Positions 9,381-17,808 of a stretch of DNA of 64,000 bases are shown piece after piece. Origin of the DNA: a virus. Below the pieces are notes generated by a model, which saw nothing but the letters and a program-made list of their open reading frames with translations, was not told the DNA's origin and made no database searches. A program made the position numbers and the translations under genes. Position 1 is the stretch's first letter. Every line of letters begins with the position of its first letter. The DNA lies in IMG/VR virus record IMGVR_UViG_3300043436_001870, positions 32,001 to 96,000 of that record. One strand, written 5' to 3'.

Positions 9381-10403
9381 ATGAAATCAATTCTAAGTGA
9401 TGAGCAGTTATCTAAACTTAAGTTCATCAAAAATCAAGCTTATGTTTGTCCAAAAAGGCTTGCTGTTATTGTTGGGCATGTTGTAAATAAAGATTCATAT
9501 GACCGCATAGTGTCTCTCCTTAAGGGGAGAGATACTATGGATGGTATTATAAAAGGAAAGAAAGCATATGTTCTTCCTGAAGTAACAACCAGTGTAAATG
9601 TTTACAAAAACTTCTTGAGAAAGAATGGATATGGAGTAACAACCAATCCTAAAAATGCAGATTTTATTGTAGGTAGTGGTGAGCTTGCATCAATAGGAGC
9701 TGTTAGAGACTTTTATATTGCTCATTTTTTTGATGGTACTGAAGTTTTAAAGAAATGTAATGACCATCTATTACCTTACTTTATTGATTATACAGGAATA
9801 GTTTCACCTGAAAATTATGAATCTATATTTGATAGACACAATTTATGTCATAAGGCAACAACATTATATAGTGAGTGTGACTCATCTCTTACCTATGTTG
9901 TAAGAGACAACATTATGGAGGTTATATACTGGACCCTTGCAAACAAACTTCCTGTTGTAAATTGTGATACACTTTTTGATTCTTTTGATAAAGTTATAAT
10001 AGATCAAGAGATGTATGAAACACTAAAGCAAATGATTAGAAGTGGTAGAGAAGATTTAGAATTGGCTACAGAAATATTGTCTAATTGCAATTTGAATAAA
10101 TCAGCCTACTATCTTTCAAAACTGACTGGTCACAGGTACTCTTTTTTAGAAAAAACTGGTAAGACTAAGATTGGTATAAGATTGTATGATTATTTAAATG
10201 AATTAAATAACATAAGCAATATCAAGCTTTTGGATCTATTGCATAAAGAGGATGTACTTACAGAGGATATTTTTAATTCTATAATTGAAGATGAGCTGTC
10301 TCAGTATCATTACATAAAAACAGAGAGTGTTTTGCTAACAATAGATCCTAAACCAAAGTACTCTTATCAAGAGTTCATTCTAGAAAAATCAAACATTGAA
10401 TAA
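9381..10403 (+). CDS. Hypothetical protein, BRCT-like domain plus shared helical domain (paralog of the next gene)
   Basis: 'KKAYVLPEV...GYGVTTNPKNADFIV' BRCT-like segment; C-terminal 'IDQEMYETLKQMIRS..EDLELATEILSN'. Confidence 0.65.
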   Translation: MKSILSDEQLSKLKFIKNQAYVCPKRLAVIVGHVVNKDSYDRIVSLLKGRDTMDGIIKGKKAYVLPEVTTSVNVYKNFLRKNGYGVTTNPKNADFIVGSGELASIGAVRDFYIAHFFDGTEVLKKCNDHLLPYFIDYTGIVSPENYESIFDRHNLCHKATTLYSECDSSLTYVVRDNIMEVIYWTLANKLPVVNCDTLFDSFDKVIIDQEMYETLKQMIRSGREDLELATEILSNCNLNKSAYYLSKLTGHRYSFLEKTGKTKIGIRLYDYLNELNNISNIKLLDLLHKEDVLTEDIFNSIIEDELSQYHYIKTESVLLTIDPKPKYSYQEFILEKSNIE

Positions 10404-10405
10404 TA

Positions 10406-11518
10406 ATGAAACACTATTTTATTTATCCTCATACATATGATCTAAAGAGTCCTTTTGAGCATGTGAACAGTTCTAAAATAACTGGTTACAGTCTTGGTAT
10501 GTATCCTGACTTTAATATTGTTGAGTGCAAAGTATTTTCTAATAAGGAATTTTCAGAATTTTCAGAAACTTTCAAGTATAAACCTGAGGTTTCTGATATT
10601 GATTTTTCTGCACATAAGAAATTCTATTTTATGCCTGGTTGTACAATACCTAGATATAAAGTAAATGATTTGCTAGAAAAACATAATGCTGCAAGTATAA
10701 GAGATCCAAAAAAAGCTGATGTTGTTATTACTCACAAGGGAATTATTGATAGACAACTGAAGAAATGTTTCTTATCATATAAAAGTTTTGAGATAGACAA
10801 GAACACGTTAGATATTTATCTTTCACTGTCTAAGGTAAATGATTTTAAATTCTCAGCAGGCAGCTTGTTAGAAGGAATCTTACATGATCCTAATGTAAAA
10901 CTATGGGGACTTCCAAATACTAATCATCATCTAAAACTGTGTGTAACTGGTATTGCAATTCCAACAACATTTTCAAATGATGAGAGATACAATCATGGCT
11001 CTCTTAATCATATATTAAGTTTAGACGTAGATAATGTTCTTGCCAATCTTCACTTTCATAAAGCTGCTGATGAAAAAATATTATCTGGTCTTTTAGGTGA
11101 AACTGAGATTGATGAAGAAATGTGTAAGGGTATTGAAGATCTTTTGAAATCAGATAACCGTTCAGATGTTGCTATGGCTATCAATGTTATGGTCAATTCT
11201 TCTTTTGAAAAGAGTTACTTTAGATTAATGTATCTTGTTCACACATATTACCAAAAGCTTCATACAACAAAAGAAGCTTATTTGGTAGGATTCAAATCTC
11301 TAAAAGAGTACATAGGTTTCTCAAAATCTCATCTAAGTCGTAAGAATGGTATGCATCACATTGATCATGTAATCAAAGCAGCTATTCAAAATGGTATGTA
11401 TGATGACACCTTCATGCAAAAGATCTATGATGTGTATCCTGCTGAGTTTGATTATATTGGAAGTAAGTATGTAAAACCATTAACATTCATGCTTACTGAT
11501 CTTGGTAAAGGGCTTTAA
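10406..11518 (+). CDS. Hypothetical protein, BRCT-like domain plus shared helical domain
   Basis: 'KKFYFMPGCTIPRYKV...IRDPKKADVVI'; 'IDEEMCKGIEDLLKSDNRSDVAMAINVMVN'. Confidence 0.65.
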   Translation: MKHYFIYPHTYDLKSPFEHVNSSKITGYSLGMYPDFNIVECKVFSNKEFSEFSETFKYKPEVSDIDFSAHKKFYFMPGCTIPRYKVNDLLEKHNAASIRDPKKADVVITHKGIIDRQLKKCFLSYKSFEIDKNTLDIYLSLSKVNDFKFSAGSLLEGILHDPNVKLWGLPNTNHHLKLCVTGIAIPTTFSNDERYNHGSLNHILSLDVDNVLANLHFHKAADEKILSGLLGETEIDEEMCKGIEDLLKSDNRSDVAMAINVMVNSSFEKSYFRLMYLVHTYYQKLHTTKEAYLVGFKSLKEYIGFSKSHLSRKNGMHHIDHVIKAAIQNGMYDDTFMQKIYDVYPAEFDYIGSKYVKPLTFMLTDLGKGL

Positions 11519-11535
11519 TTTTGTAAATTTAATCT

Positions 11536-12486
11536 ATGCGTGATATACTATTGGAAGAAGAGTTCTATTCCAAAAAATTCTATTTTAGTTACTCTGGTTT
11601 GAACAAGTTGTTGTTCTCACCAACAGTGTTTTACAGACACTACATTCTAAATCAATGGGAAGATAAGACAGATGCTCACCTGATTGAAGGTAAGCTTTTA
11701 CATTGTCTGCTTCTAGATGAACAAAGCTTTGAAGATCAATTTGTAATAATGCCAGGGATAGTTCCCAGTGGCCCAACAAAAATTGTTCTTGATACTGTTT
11801 ACAGAAAAGCTACAGAACTCAACGTTGATTTAGATTTGTCTAAGTTAAATGATCATGTGCTCCAGGCAATGACTGATGTAAACTTTCATCAAAGATTGAA
11901 GACAGATCAACAAAGACTAGACAAGATTATTACTGATGACAACATTAGTTATTTTCAGTTTTTAAGTGCAAAGAAGAACAGAGACATTATTGATCAGGAA
12001 ATACTCACAAAGGTTAAGGAGTATGTTGAAGTCATCACTTCTAATGTTAATGTTATGAATGTTCTACAAGGTCCTAATACCTACCAAAGTGAAGTAAAGT
12101 TGGCTGTTGATTTGCCAAATTACAAATTTGGTATTAAAGGTATTGTGGATAGAATTGTGGAGCATGATGATTACATACACATAATTGATCTGAAGACTAC
12201 AAACAAGACTCTTGCTGATTTCAAAGAAACTGTTGAGTATTACAATTATTGGTTACAAGCAGCAATCTATAAGAAATTAGTTTCTGTGAATGATGCTAGA
12301 CCAGTAAAATTCTCATTTGTTGTTATTGATAAATACCAGCAAGTATATGAGTTTGAAGTTTCTTATGACACCATGCAGATATGGACTGAAAAGATGAACC
12401 AAATGTTTGGCACTGCACAGTATCATTATGATACTAGACAGTATGATTTACCATATGAATTTGCAACATCTAAAGTAATTCTCTAA
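11536..12486 (+). CDS. PD-(D/E)XK exonuclease (RecB/RecE-ExoVIII-like)
   Basis: FSYSGL, GKLLHCLLL, KGIVDRI, IIDLKTT, YWLQAAIY. Confidence 0.85.
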   Translation: MRDILLEEEFYSKKFYFSYSGLNKLLFSPTVFYRHYILNQWEDKTDAHLIEGKLLHCLLLDEQSFEDQFVIMPGIVPSGPTKIVLDTVYRKATELNVDLDLSKLNDHVLQAMTDVNFHQRLKTDQQRLDKIITDDNISYFQFLSAKKNRDIIDQEILTKVKEYVEVITSNVNVMNVLQGPNTYQSEVKLAVDLPNYKFGIKGIVDRIVEHDDYIHIIDLKTTNKTLADFKETVEYYNYWLQAAIYKKLVSVNDARPVKFSFVVIDKYQQVYEFEVSYDTMQIWTEKMNQMFGTAQYHYDTRQYDLPYEFATSKVIL

Positions 12487-13043
12487 TGATTAAGACACTT
12501 CATTCCGAGTATGTACAGAAATCAAGAATATTTCTTTACCCTCTTCTAAACATACCAAAAGGTTCTGATGCAGTTCCTTTGGAAAGTTATGTATCTTGGT
12601 CTGAAAAGTTTTTACCTAACTCCTACAAGTTTGTATGTACTTATTACCTAAGAGATGATACAAGTTTTATAAAGTTTGAAAAGACAATGCTTACTGGTAA
12701 TAAACTGTTTCATTCTTTCTATGAGACAGATGAATCACATGGTGTGTATGTTTTTGATTTTGAAGAATACTCTAAAGATTGGGACCACTTCCTACAAGGT
12801 AAGTACTCTAAGATGAGTAGTAATTCCAAGAACAACATACTTAAGTTCTTCTTGAAGAATAAAGCAACGTATCATCACATTAATAGCTACCTAAATCCTG
12901 AAATATACTTTGAAGAGTATGCTAAACTACTCAATGTAAATGAAGGGCTTGTAAGGAGTGTGGGTGAGCTGTGTTCTCCTCCAGATATGTCAAGAGAAAC
13001 CTTAGTTGCAAAGGAGAGGAGTATTGACATTTTTAAAATTTAA
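12486..13043 (+). CDS. Hypothetical protein (185 aa)
   Basis: TAATG-coupled ORF; 'F..GKYSK.S' motif; function unknown. Confidence 0.7.
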   Translation: MIKTLHSEYVQKSRIFLYPLLNIPKGSDAVPLESYVSWSEKFLPNSYKFVCTYYLRDDTSFIKFEKTMLTGNKLFHSFYETDESHGVYVFDFEEYSKDWDHFLQGKYSKMSSNSKNNILKFFLKNKATYHHINSYLNPEIYFEEYAKLLNVNEGLVRSVGELCSPPDMSRETLVAKERSIDIFKI

Positions 13044-13053
13044 CCTATCTTTG
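13024..13053 (+). promoter_or_regulatory. Bacteroidota housekeeping-sigma promoter (-33/-7)
   Basis: TTG (13024-26), 19-nt spacer, TATCTTTG (13046-53) = TAnnTTTG consensus, about 20 nt upstream of the ATG at 13073. Confidence 0.75.
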
Positions 13054-13072
13054 TAGGGTAAAACCAACAATT

Positions 13073-13477
13073 ATGAATAACATGATGCTTGTCACGTCTT
13101 CTTGGAAAGACGGAAAGACATTTAAAATGATTCCTACATCAACAGATTGTCCATTTGTTGAATGTATTTTTGATCCTCAGATCAAAGTTCTTGCTGTAAT
13201 CAGCCGTAATAAAAAGGAACAATTCCATATGGTAACAAGACTTGATGCCAATGGTGATCCTGAACAACGTAAAAATCCTGGTAGAAATGGTAATCCATAT
13301 AAGGAAGAAAGACGTGCTCTTGAGACTTATCAGGAATATTACATTGAAGTAAAATCTGAGATTGAGGCTTTTATAAAAGGATTTGGTGCAAACAGCGATG
13401 CTTTTGATTATGACCAATATCTAAACAAAGTTGTAGAAAATAATACTGCAGCTGATGCAGCTGGTATCCCTTCATAA
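13073..13477 (+). CDS. Hypothetical protein (134 aa) in its own promoter-terminator unit
   Basis: ORF flanked by a host-type promoter and a terminator hairpin. Confidence 0.75.
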   Translation: MNNMMLVTSSWKDGKTFKMIPTSTDCPFVECIFDPQIKVLAVISRNKKEQFHMVTRLDANGDPEQRKNPGRNGNPYKEERRALETYQEYYIEVKSEIEAFIKGFGANSDAFDYDQYLNKVVENNTAADAAGIPS

Positions 13478-13490
13478 GGGGTACCATTTT
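13462..13490 (+). terminator. Putative intrinsic terminator overlapping the stop codon
   Basis: TGGTATCCCTT-CAT-AAGGGGTACCA stem followed by TTTT. Confidence 0.6.
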
Positions 13491-13532
13491 GAAAATAAAA
13501 AAATGGGGGAACAGCTTAACTGAACAGAACAT

Positions 13533-15539
13533 ATGCAATCACATTGGATAATGGACTATGAGACACTGATCAACTGTTTTGTTGCAGTGTTTCAGCATTA
13601 TAAAGAGGATGATGACATCCGGGTTTTTGTTATCTCTGATCTAAGAGATGACAGGGAAGCCCTGATAGATTTCCTGCACGAGAATGTTTTAAATACTGAA
13701 TGGCACATAGCATTCAACGGTCTAGATTTTGACTCCCAGCTTACACAATATCTTCTTTTACATTCTACTTCTATACTAAATGATTCACCTGACAAGGTTG
13801 CTCATAATCTGTATATAGAAGCTCAAAGAGTTATTGAACATAAGAATGAGCATAAGTATCCCTCCGTTTCAGAAAAGAATCTTAGTATAAAACAGATTGA
13901 TCTGTTTAAGTTAAATCACTGGGATAATCCAGCAAAGTCTTCTAGCTTAAAGTGGATTCAGTATAGCATGGATTGGTATAACATCCAGGAGATGCCTATA
14001 CATCATAGTACACTGATTGAAACACAGGATCAACTTGATACTGTTATTCAGTACTGTATTAATGACGTGAAGTCTACCTATAACATATTCCTTAAAAGCA
14101 AGGACCAGATTGCATTGAGATTAAATCTTACCAAAGACTATAGTATCTATGGTATTAATTTGACCAGTGCTTCTGAGCCAAGAATATCTAAGGAGTTGTT
14201 CTCATTATTCTTAGCTAAGAAGATTGGTATGACCAGGTATGACCTAAAGCAGTTACGTACTTATAGGGAATTCATAAATGTAGGCAGTATTCTGTTGCCA
14301 TACATAAAGTTTACACTTCCTGAGTTTAAACAAATACATACACAGTTTAAATCTTTGGTTATTAATACCAAGGATACTAAAGGTGGATTCAAGTATTCTG
14401 TTAAACACAAAGGAGTCACAACAGATTTTGGATTAGGTGGTGTGCATGGTGCCACAAAGCCTGGAGTATATGAGTCGGATAATCAGATGATAATCATGAC
14501 TTCAGATGTTACCAGCTTTTATCCTAATCTAGCAATTAAGAATAAGTGGGCACCTGCTCACTTACCAAAGGATGATTTTTCTGACCAGTATGAATGGTTC
14601 TTCCAGGAAAGAAAAAAGATTCCAAAGAAGGATCCAAAGAACTATGTCTACAAGATCATTCTCAATAGTACATACGGTCTAAGCAATGATGAGAATAGCT
14701 TTCTGTATGACCCAGAATTTACAATGAGGATTACAATCAATGGTCAGTTGAGCTTGACTATGTTGTATGAGATGTTGTCTGCAGGCATACCTGAGAGTAT
14801 TCCTTTAATGCAGAATACAGATGGTCTCGAGACAATGATACCTGTTCACATGAAAGATAAATATCTTGAGATATGTGCAGAGTGGGAAAGAATTACGGGA
14901 CTGCAGCTGGAACATGACCAGTACAAGAAACTTGTTATTGCTGATGTAAATAATTACATAGCACTATTCAATGAGAAGGAATGTTCCAAAGATGATTTTG
15001 ATAAGCTGAAGAAAGAAAATCCACATTATGTATTTACTGAAAGAGGTGGTAAGTATTACTACAATGCAAGTAAATGCAAGGGTAGATTTGAATTCTCAGA
15101 CTTAGCACTTCATAAGAATAAAAGCTTTCTAATTATTCCTAAGGGTATATACAATTACTTTATTCATAACATGCTACCTGAAGAAACAGTATCAAAGAGT
15201 AAAAACATCTTTGAATACTGTGGTGGTGTAAAAGCCAAAGGTGACTGGATGTTTAAAGAAGTGTGTTATGTCAAAGGAGTAAGATATGAAAGAGACCTTC
15301 AGAAAATTGTAAGATACTATGTAAGCACAACTGGGTGTAAGATTCACAAGATTAATAAGATCGATGGAAGAGAGATACAAGTTCAGGCAGGTAAGTGGTT
15401 ACTTACTGAGATGAATATGTTTGAGAGAAAGGACTGGTCTAATCGTGATGTAGATACTCAGTATTATGCTGATTCAATGTACAAGGAAATAAATAACATT
15501 ACTGGCTACAAGCCGGTGCAACAATTAAGTTTGTTTTAA
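13533..15539 (+). CDS. polB: Family B DNA polymerase
   Basis: Exo I MDYET, Exo II FNGLDFD, Exo III YCINDV; pol motif A SDVTSFYPN, motif B KIILNSTYG, motif C QNTDG; C-terminal QLSLF. Confidence 0.95.
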   Translation: MQSHWIMDYETLINCFVAVFQHYKEDDDIRVFVISDLRDDREALIDFLHENVLNTEWHIAFNGLDFDSQLTQYLLLHSTSILNDSPDKVAHNLYIEAQRVIEHKNEHKYPSVSEKNLSIKQIDLFKLNHWDNPAKSSSLKWIQYSMDWYNIQEMPIHHSTLIETQDQLDTVIQYCINDVKSTYNIFLKSKDQIALRLNLTKDYSIYGINLTSASEPRISKELFSLFLAKKIGMTRYDLKQLRTYREFINVGSILLPYIKFTLPEFKQIHTQFKSLVINTKDTKGGFKYSVKHKGVTTDFGLGGVHGATKPGVYESDNQMIIMTSDVTSFYPNLAIKNKWAPAHLPKDDFSDQYEWFFQERKKIPKKDPKNYVYKIILNSTYGLSNDENSFLYDPEFTMRITINGQLSLTMLYEMLSAGIPESIPLMQNTDGLETMIPVHMKDKYLEICAEWERITGLQLEHDQYKKLVIADVNNYIALFNEKECSKDDFDKLKKENPHYVFTERGGKYYYNASKCKGRFEFSDLALHKNKSFLIIPKGIYNYFIHNMLPEETVSKSKNIFEYCGGVKAKGDWMFKEVCYVKGVRYERDLQKIVRYYVSTTGCKIHKINKIDGREIQVQAGKWLLTEMNMFERKDWSNRDVDTQYYADSMYKEINNITGYKPVQQLSLF

Positions 15540-15540
15540 A

Positions 15541-16518
15541 ATGAGCAGAAAGCTTCAAGCCAATACAACAAAGGACTTTCTAAAGAATGTTCCTTTACCA
15601 ACACATGGAGGTAGATATACTCCAATCAGTCACACATCTATTATTGATCAATCTTTAAATGAACTTGCTGCCAACAATCTTGAAGTAAAAGCTGAACTGT
15701 ATAGATCAACTCTTACTGGTAATATTGCCAATGGCATTGTTCTGGTTGATCACGGATCAGAGCTGGATATGAAGATGGTTCTTGCCTGGGGTAATTCCTA
15801 TGACAAGTCAACCAAGTTTACATGTGGTATTGGTGCCTATATAATGAGCACCAAGACTTTCATATTTGCTGGAAATCTATCCAACTTTATCAGGAAGCAT
15901 ACAGGTAAGGCAGACCAGGAAGCTATTGAGAAAATCAAAGAACAGATTTCTAATGCAGATCAGTACTATGATATACTTGTAGAGACCAAGAAGAAACTTG
16001 AGGTAATCAATCTTACAGAAAGACAGATTGCTCATGCTATTGGTGTACTTCTAGTTGAGAAGCAGGCTTTAACCAAAGAGCAAGTTGGTGGTATCTTTGA
16101 TATGATCAAGACTAAGCAAGTTCTTTTTGTTGGGCTTAACTATAATAATGCATGGAATGTTTACAACATCTTTGCTAAGTACTTGAGAGAATCACATCCT
16201 AAGGTATGGTTCCAATCTCAGTTTGAGGTGCACAGATACTTCATGCATGAAATAGTAAAACAGGTTGTCCCTGTTGCTGTTAAGGAAGATGTTGATGTTA
16301 TTAGTTCTGATGTTCCTGAGGTTCCTACTAATCAGTTGAATCTGTTTGATGCAATAGCAGAGGCGGAAAAAGAGCAGGAGCCGGAAGAGTGTCCGGAGCC
16401 AGAGGAAGAAACAACAATAAATTCCCTACAAGAAGAGGAAGAAATAGTTGGAGATTCAGATGAATTTGTTACTTTTGATACTGGTTCAGACAGTGGTTTT
16501 GAATTACCTGAACTATAA
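15541..16518 (+). CDS. DUF932/DUF945-like protein with acidic tail
   Basis: 'YTPISH...NSYDKS...GA....F.G....RKHTG...NAWNVYN' pattern; acidic C-terminus containing QLNLF. Confidence 0.7.
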   Translation: MSRKLQANTTKDFLKNVPLPTHGGRYTPISHTSIIDQSLNELAANNLEVKAELYRSTLTGNIANGIVLVDHGSELDMKMVLAWGNSYDKSTKFTCGIGAYIMSTKTFIFAGNLSNFIRKHTGKADQEAIEKIKEQISNADQYYDILVETKKKLEVINLTERQIAHAIGVLLVEKQALTKEQVGGIFDMIKTKQVLFVGLNYNNAWNVYNIFAKYLRESHPKVWFQSQFEVHRYFMHEIVKQVVPVAVKEDVDVISSDVPEVPTNQLNLFDAIAEAEKEQEPEECPEPEEETTINSLQEEEEIVGDSDEFVTFDTGSDSGFELPEL

Positions 16519-16538
16519 ATTTAGTTGTTTGAGGTATG

Positions 16539-16563
16539 AGGGGGAGAAATCCCCCTTTACTTT
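16539..16563 (+). terminator. Intrinsic terminator
   Basis: GGGGGA-GAAA-TCCCCC followed by TTTACTTT; nearly the same design as the hairpin at 4324. Confidence 0.7.
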
Positions 16564-16577
16564 CTAAATCCCTAACT

Positions 16578-16931
16578 ATGGAAAGACATGAATTTGTAAA
16601 GATTGCAGAGGATACCTTATCCCAAATCAATGAGGTCATTGCAAAAAAAGGTAAAGAGTATTCTACTGGTGATGCCTTCTCTAATTTTAAGGATGCTGCA
16701 GGTGGTCTAAGCTTTCATAATAAACCAGAGATGGTTGCTTGGGAGTTTGCTACTAAGCACTTCCAGTCTATTAAAGATATCATCTCAGGAAAAGTCCCTG
16801 CAGATCAAGCTGTGATAGATGAGAAGATTGGAGATGCCATTGTGTATCTTCTACTAATCAAAGGTATGATGTCTGAAAAGATTCATAACATTGAAGAGGT
16901 TCGTATTAGATATGAACTTACACGTGATTAA
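16578..16931 (+). CDS. DUF1599/Nmad1-like all-alpha nucleotide pyrophosphatase-fold protein
   Basis: 'KKGKEYS..DAFSNFK...KH...EKIGDAIVYLLL'; start moved to the ATG at 16578, downstream of the terminator. Confidence 0.6.
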   Translation: MERHEFVKIAEDTLSQINEVIAKKGKEYSTGDAFSNFKDAAGGLSFHNKPEMVAWEFATKHFQSIKDIISGKVPADQAVIDEKIGDAIVYLLLIKGMMSEKIHNIEEVRIRYELTRD

Positions 16932-16946
16932 TTTCTAAACCTGTAT

Positions 16947-17330
16947 ATGAAGCAATATGTAAATATGGTGGGAGAATTCCACCAGGTCTTTGACCAAAAG
17001 GATGCTACTAAACCAACACTGGTACCTAAGAACCTTGGCAAGCTAAGATACTCTCTCCTGTTAGAGGAGAATAAAGAATATCTGGAAGCTGTTGAGAAAG
17101 AGGATCTTGTAGAGATTGCTGATGCCTTAGGTGATCAGCTTTACATTATCTATGGTACTATATTAAAACACGGTCTTCAAGATAAAATTGAGGACGTATT
17201 CAAAGAAATTCATCGGTCCAATATGAGTAAACTGGGTGCAGATGGTAGACCCATCTACAGAGAGGATGGTAAAATACTCAAGGGTCCCGGTTATACAAGA
17301 CCAGACATTGCTTCAATAATCAATAAATAA
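16947..17330 (+). CDS. MazG-like (PRA-PH/DR2231-type) NTP pyrophosphohydrolase, possibly a dUTPase
   Basis: LLEENKEY, EIADALGDQLY, EIHRSNMSK, DGKILKGP.Y. Confidence 0.85.
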   Translation: MKQYVNMVGEFHQVFDQKDATKPTLVPKNLGKLRYSLLLEENKEYLEAVEKEDLVEIADALGDQLYIIYGTILKHGLQDKIEDVFKEIHRSNMSKLGADGRPIYREDGKILKGPGYTRPDIASIINK

Positions 17331-17337
17331 ATAAAAC

Positions 17338-17580
17338 ATGGAAGCTTCAAGACCAATGACATTTGGTGAAATGTTGGTGGGCATTACATTTAACCCATCA
17401 CAGGATGATAAAGTAGCAAAAGCAAAACAGCTCTGTGCTGAATTAGCTGATCTACTTAATGATCATAATGAAAGCAGAGGAGAGAAGTCTCAAGATTCTC
17501 AAAGACTGTTCTCCCATGCAGTAGGAGAAATCCTTAATGCTCAAATGAATGTAGTTAAGGTTCTTACTTACAAGTACTAA
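17338..17580 (+). CDS. Acb2/Tad1-like helical hairpin protein (candidate signalling-nucleotide sponge)
   Basis: 'TFGE..VGITFNPS.DDKV...KQ..A.L.D....RL.S.A..E...AQM..VK..T' two-helix pattern. Confidence 0.55.
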   Translation: MEASRPMTFGEMLVGITFNPSQDDKVAKAKQLCAELADLLNDHNESRGEKSQDSQRLFSHAVGEILNAQMNVVKVLTYKY

Positions 17581-17627
17581 GTAGTCGGTCTCCCACACTC
17601 TGTAAGACTCTTAGATAAATTAAGGGG

Positions 17628-17665
17628 AAAGAGAACCCCGGTGTAATTGCCGGGGTTTTTCTTTT
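17628..17665. terminator. Bidirectional intrinsic terminator between the convergent replication and virion blocks
   Basis: AAAGAGAACCCCGGT-GTAATT-GCCGGGGTTTTTCTTT stem with T-tracts on both strands. Confidence 0.85.
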
Positions 17666-17804
17666 ATCCTTGTCCTCTGTTCAGTTTCTTGTAAAGCTTA
17701 CTAGACTTCAGCTTACTGAACTTGGTTTTTGCCTGCACTCCAGGACGTTTTTTTTTACTTCCTTTTGGTGCATAGTTGTTTTTTGATGTTACTGTCTTTG
17801 CCAT
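17664..17804 (-). CDS. Small basic protein (46 aa) ending RGQG; absent from the ORF track
   Basis: Manual translation MAKTVTSKNNYAPKGSKKKRPGVQAKTKFSKLKSSKLYKKLNRGQG*; starts 4 nt after the 1906-aa gene and ends at the terminator. Confidence 0.8.
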   Translation of the reverse strand: MAKTVTSKNNYAPKGSKKKRPGVQAKTKFSKLKSSKLYKKLNRGQG

Positions 17805-17808
17805 TCTA

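Noticed and set aside
11516-11523. TAATTTTG, a possible second Bacteroidota -7 element before the nuclease gene
   Set aside because: No TTG at the expected 19-21 nt spacing, and the AT-rich context makes a chance match likely
11536-12486. Cas4/CRISPR association of the PD-(D/E)XK nuclease
   Set aside because: No four-Cys Fe-S cluster motif, no cas genes and no repeat-spacer array seen in the window
13533-15539. Intein or intron in PolB or the vRNAP
   Set aside because: Polymerase motifs are normally spaced; no intein splice-junction (C...HN) or LAGLIDADG/HNH signatures seen
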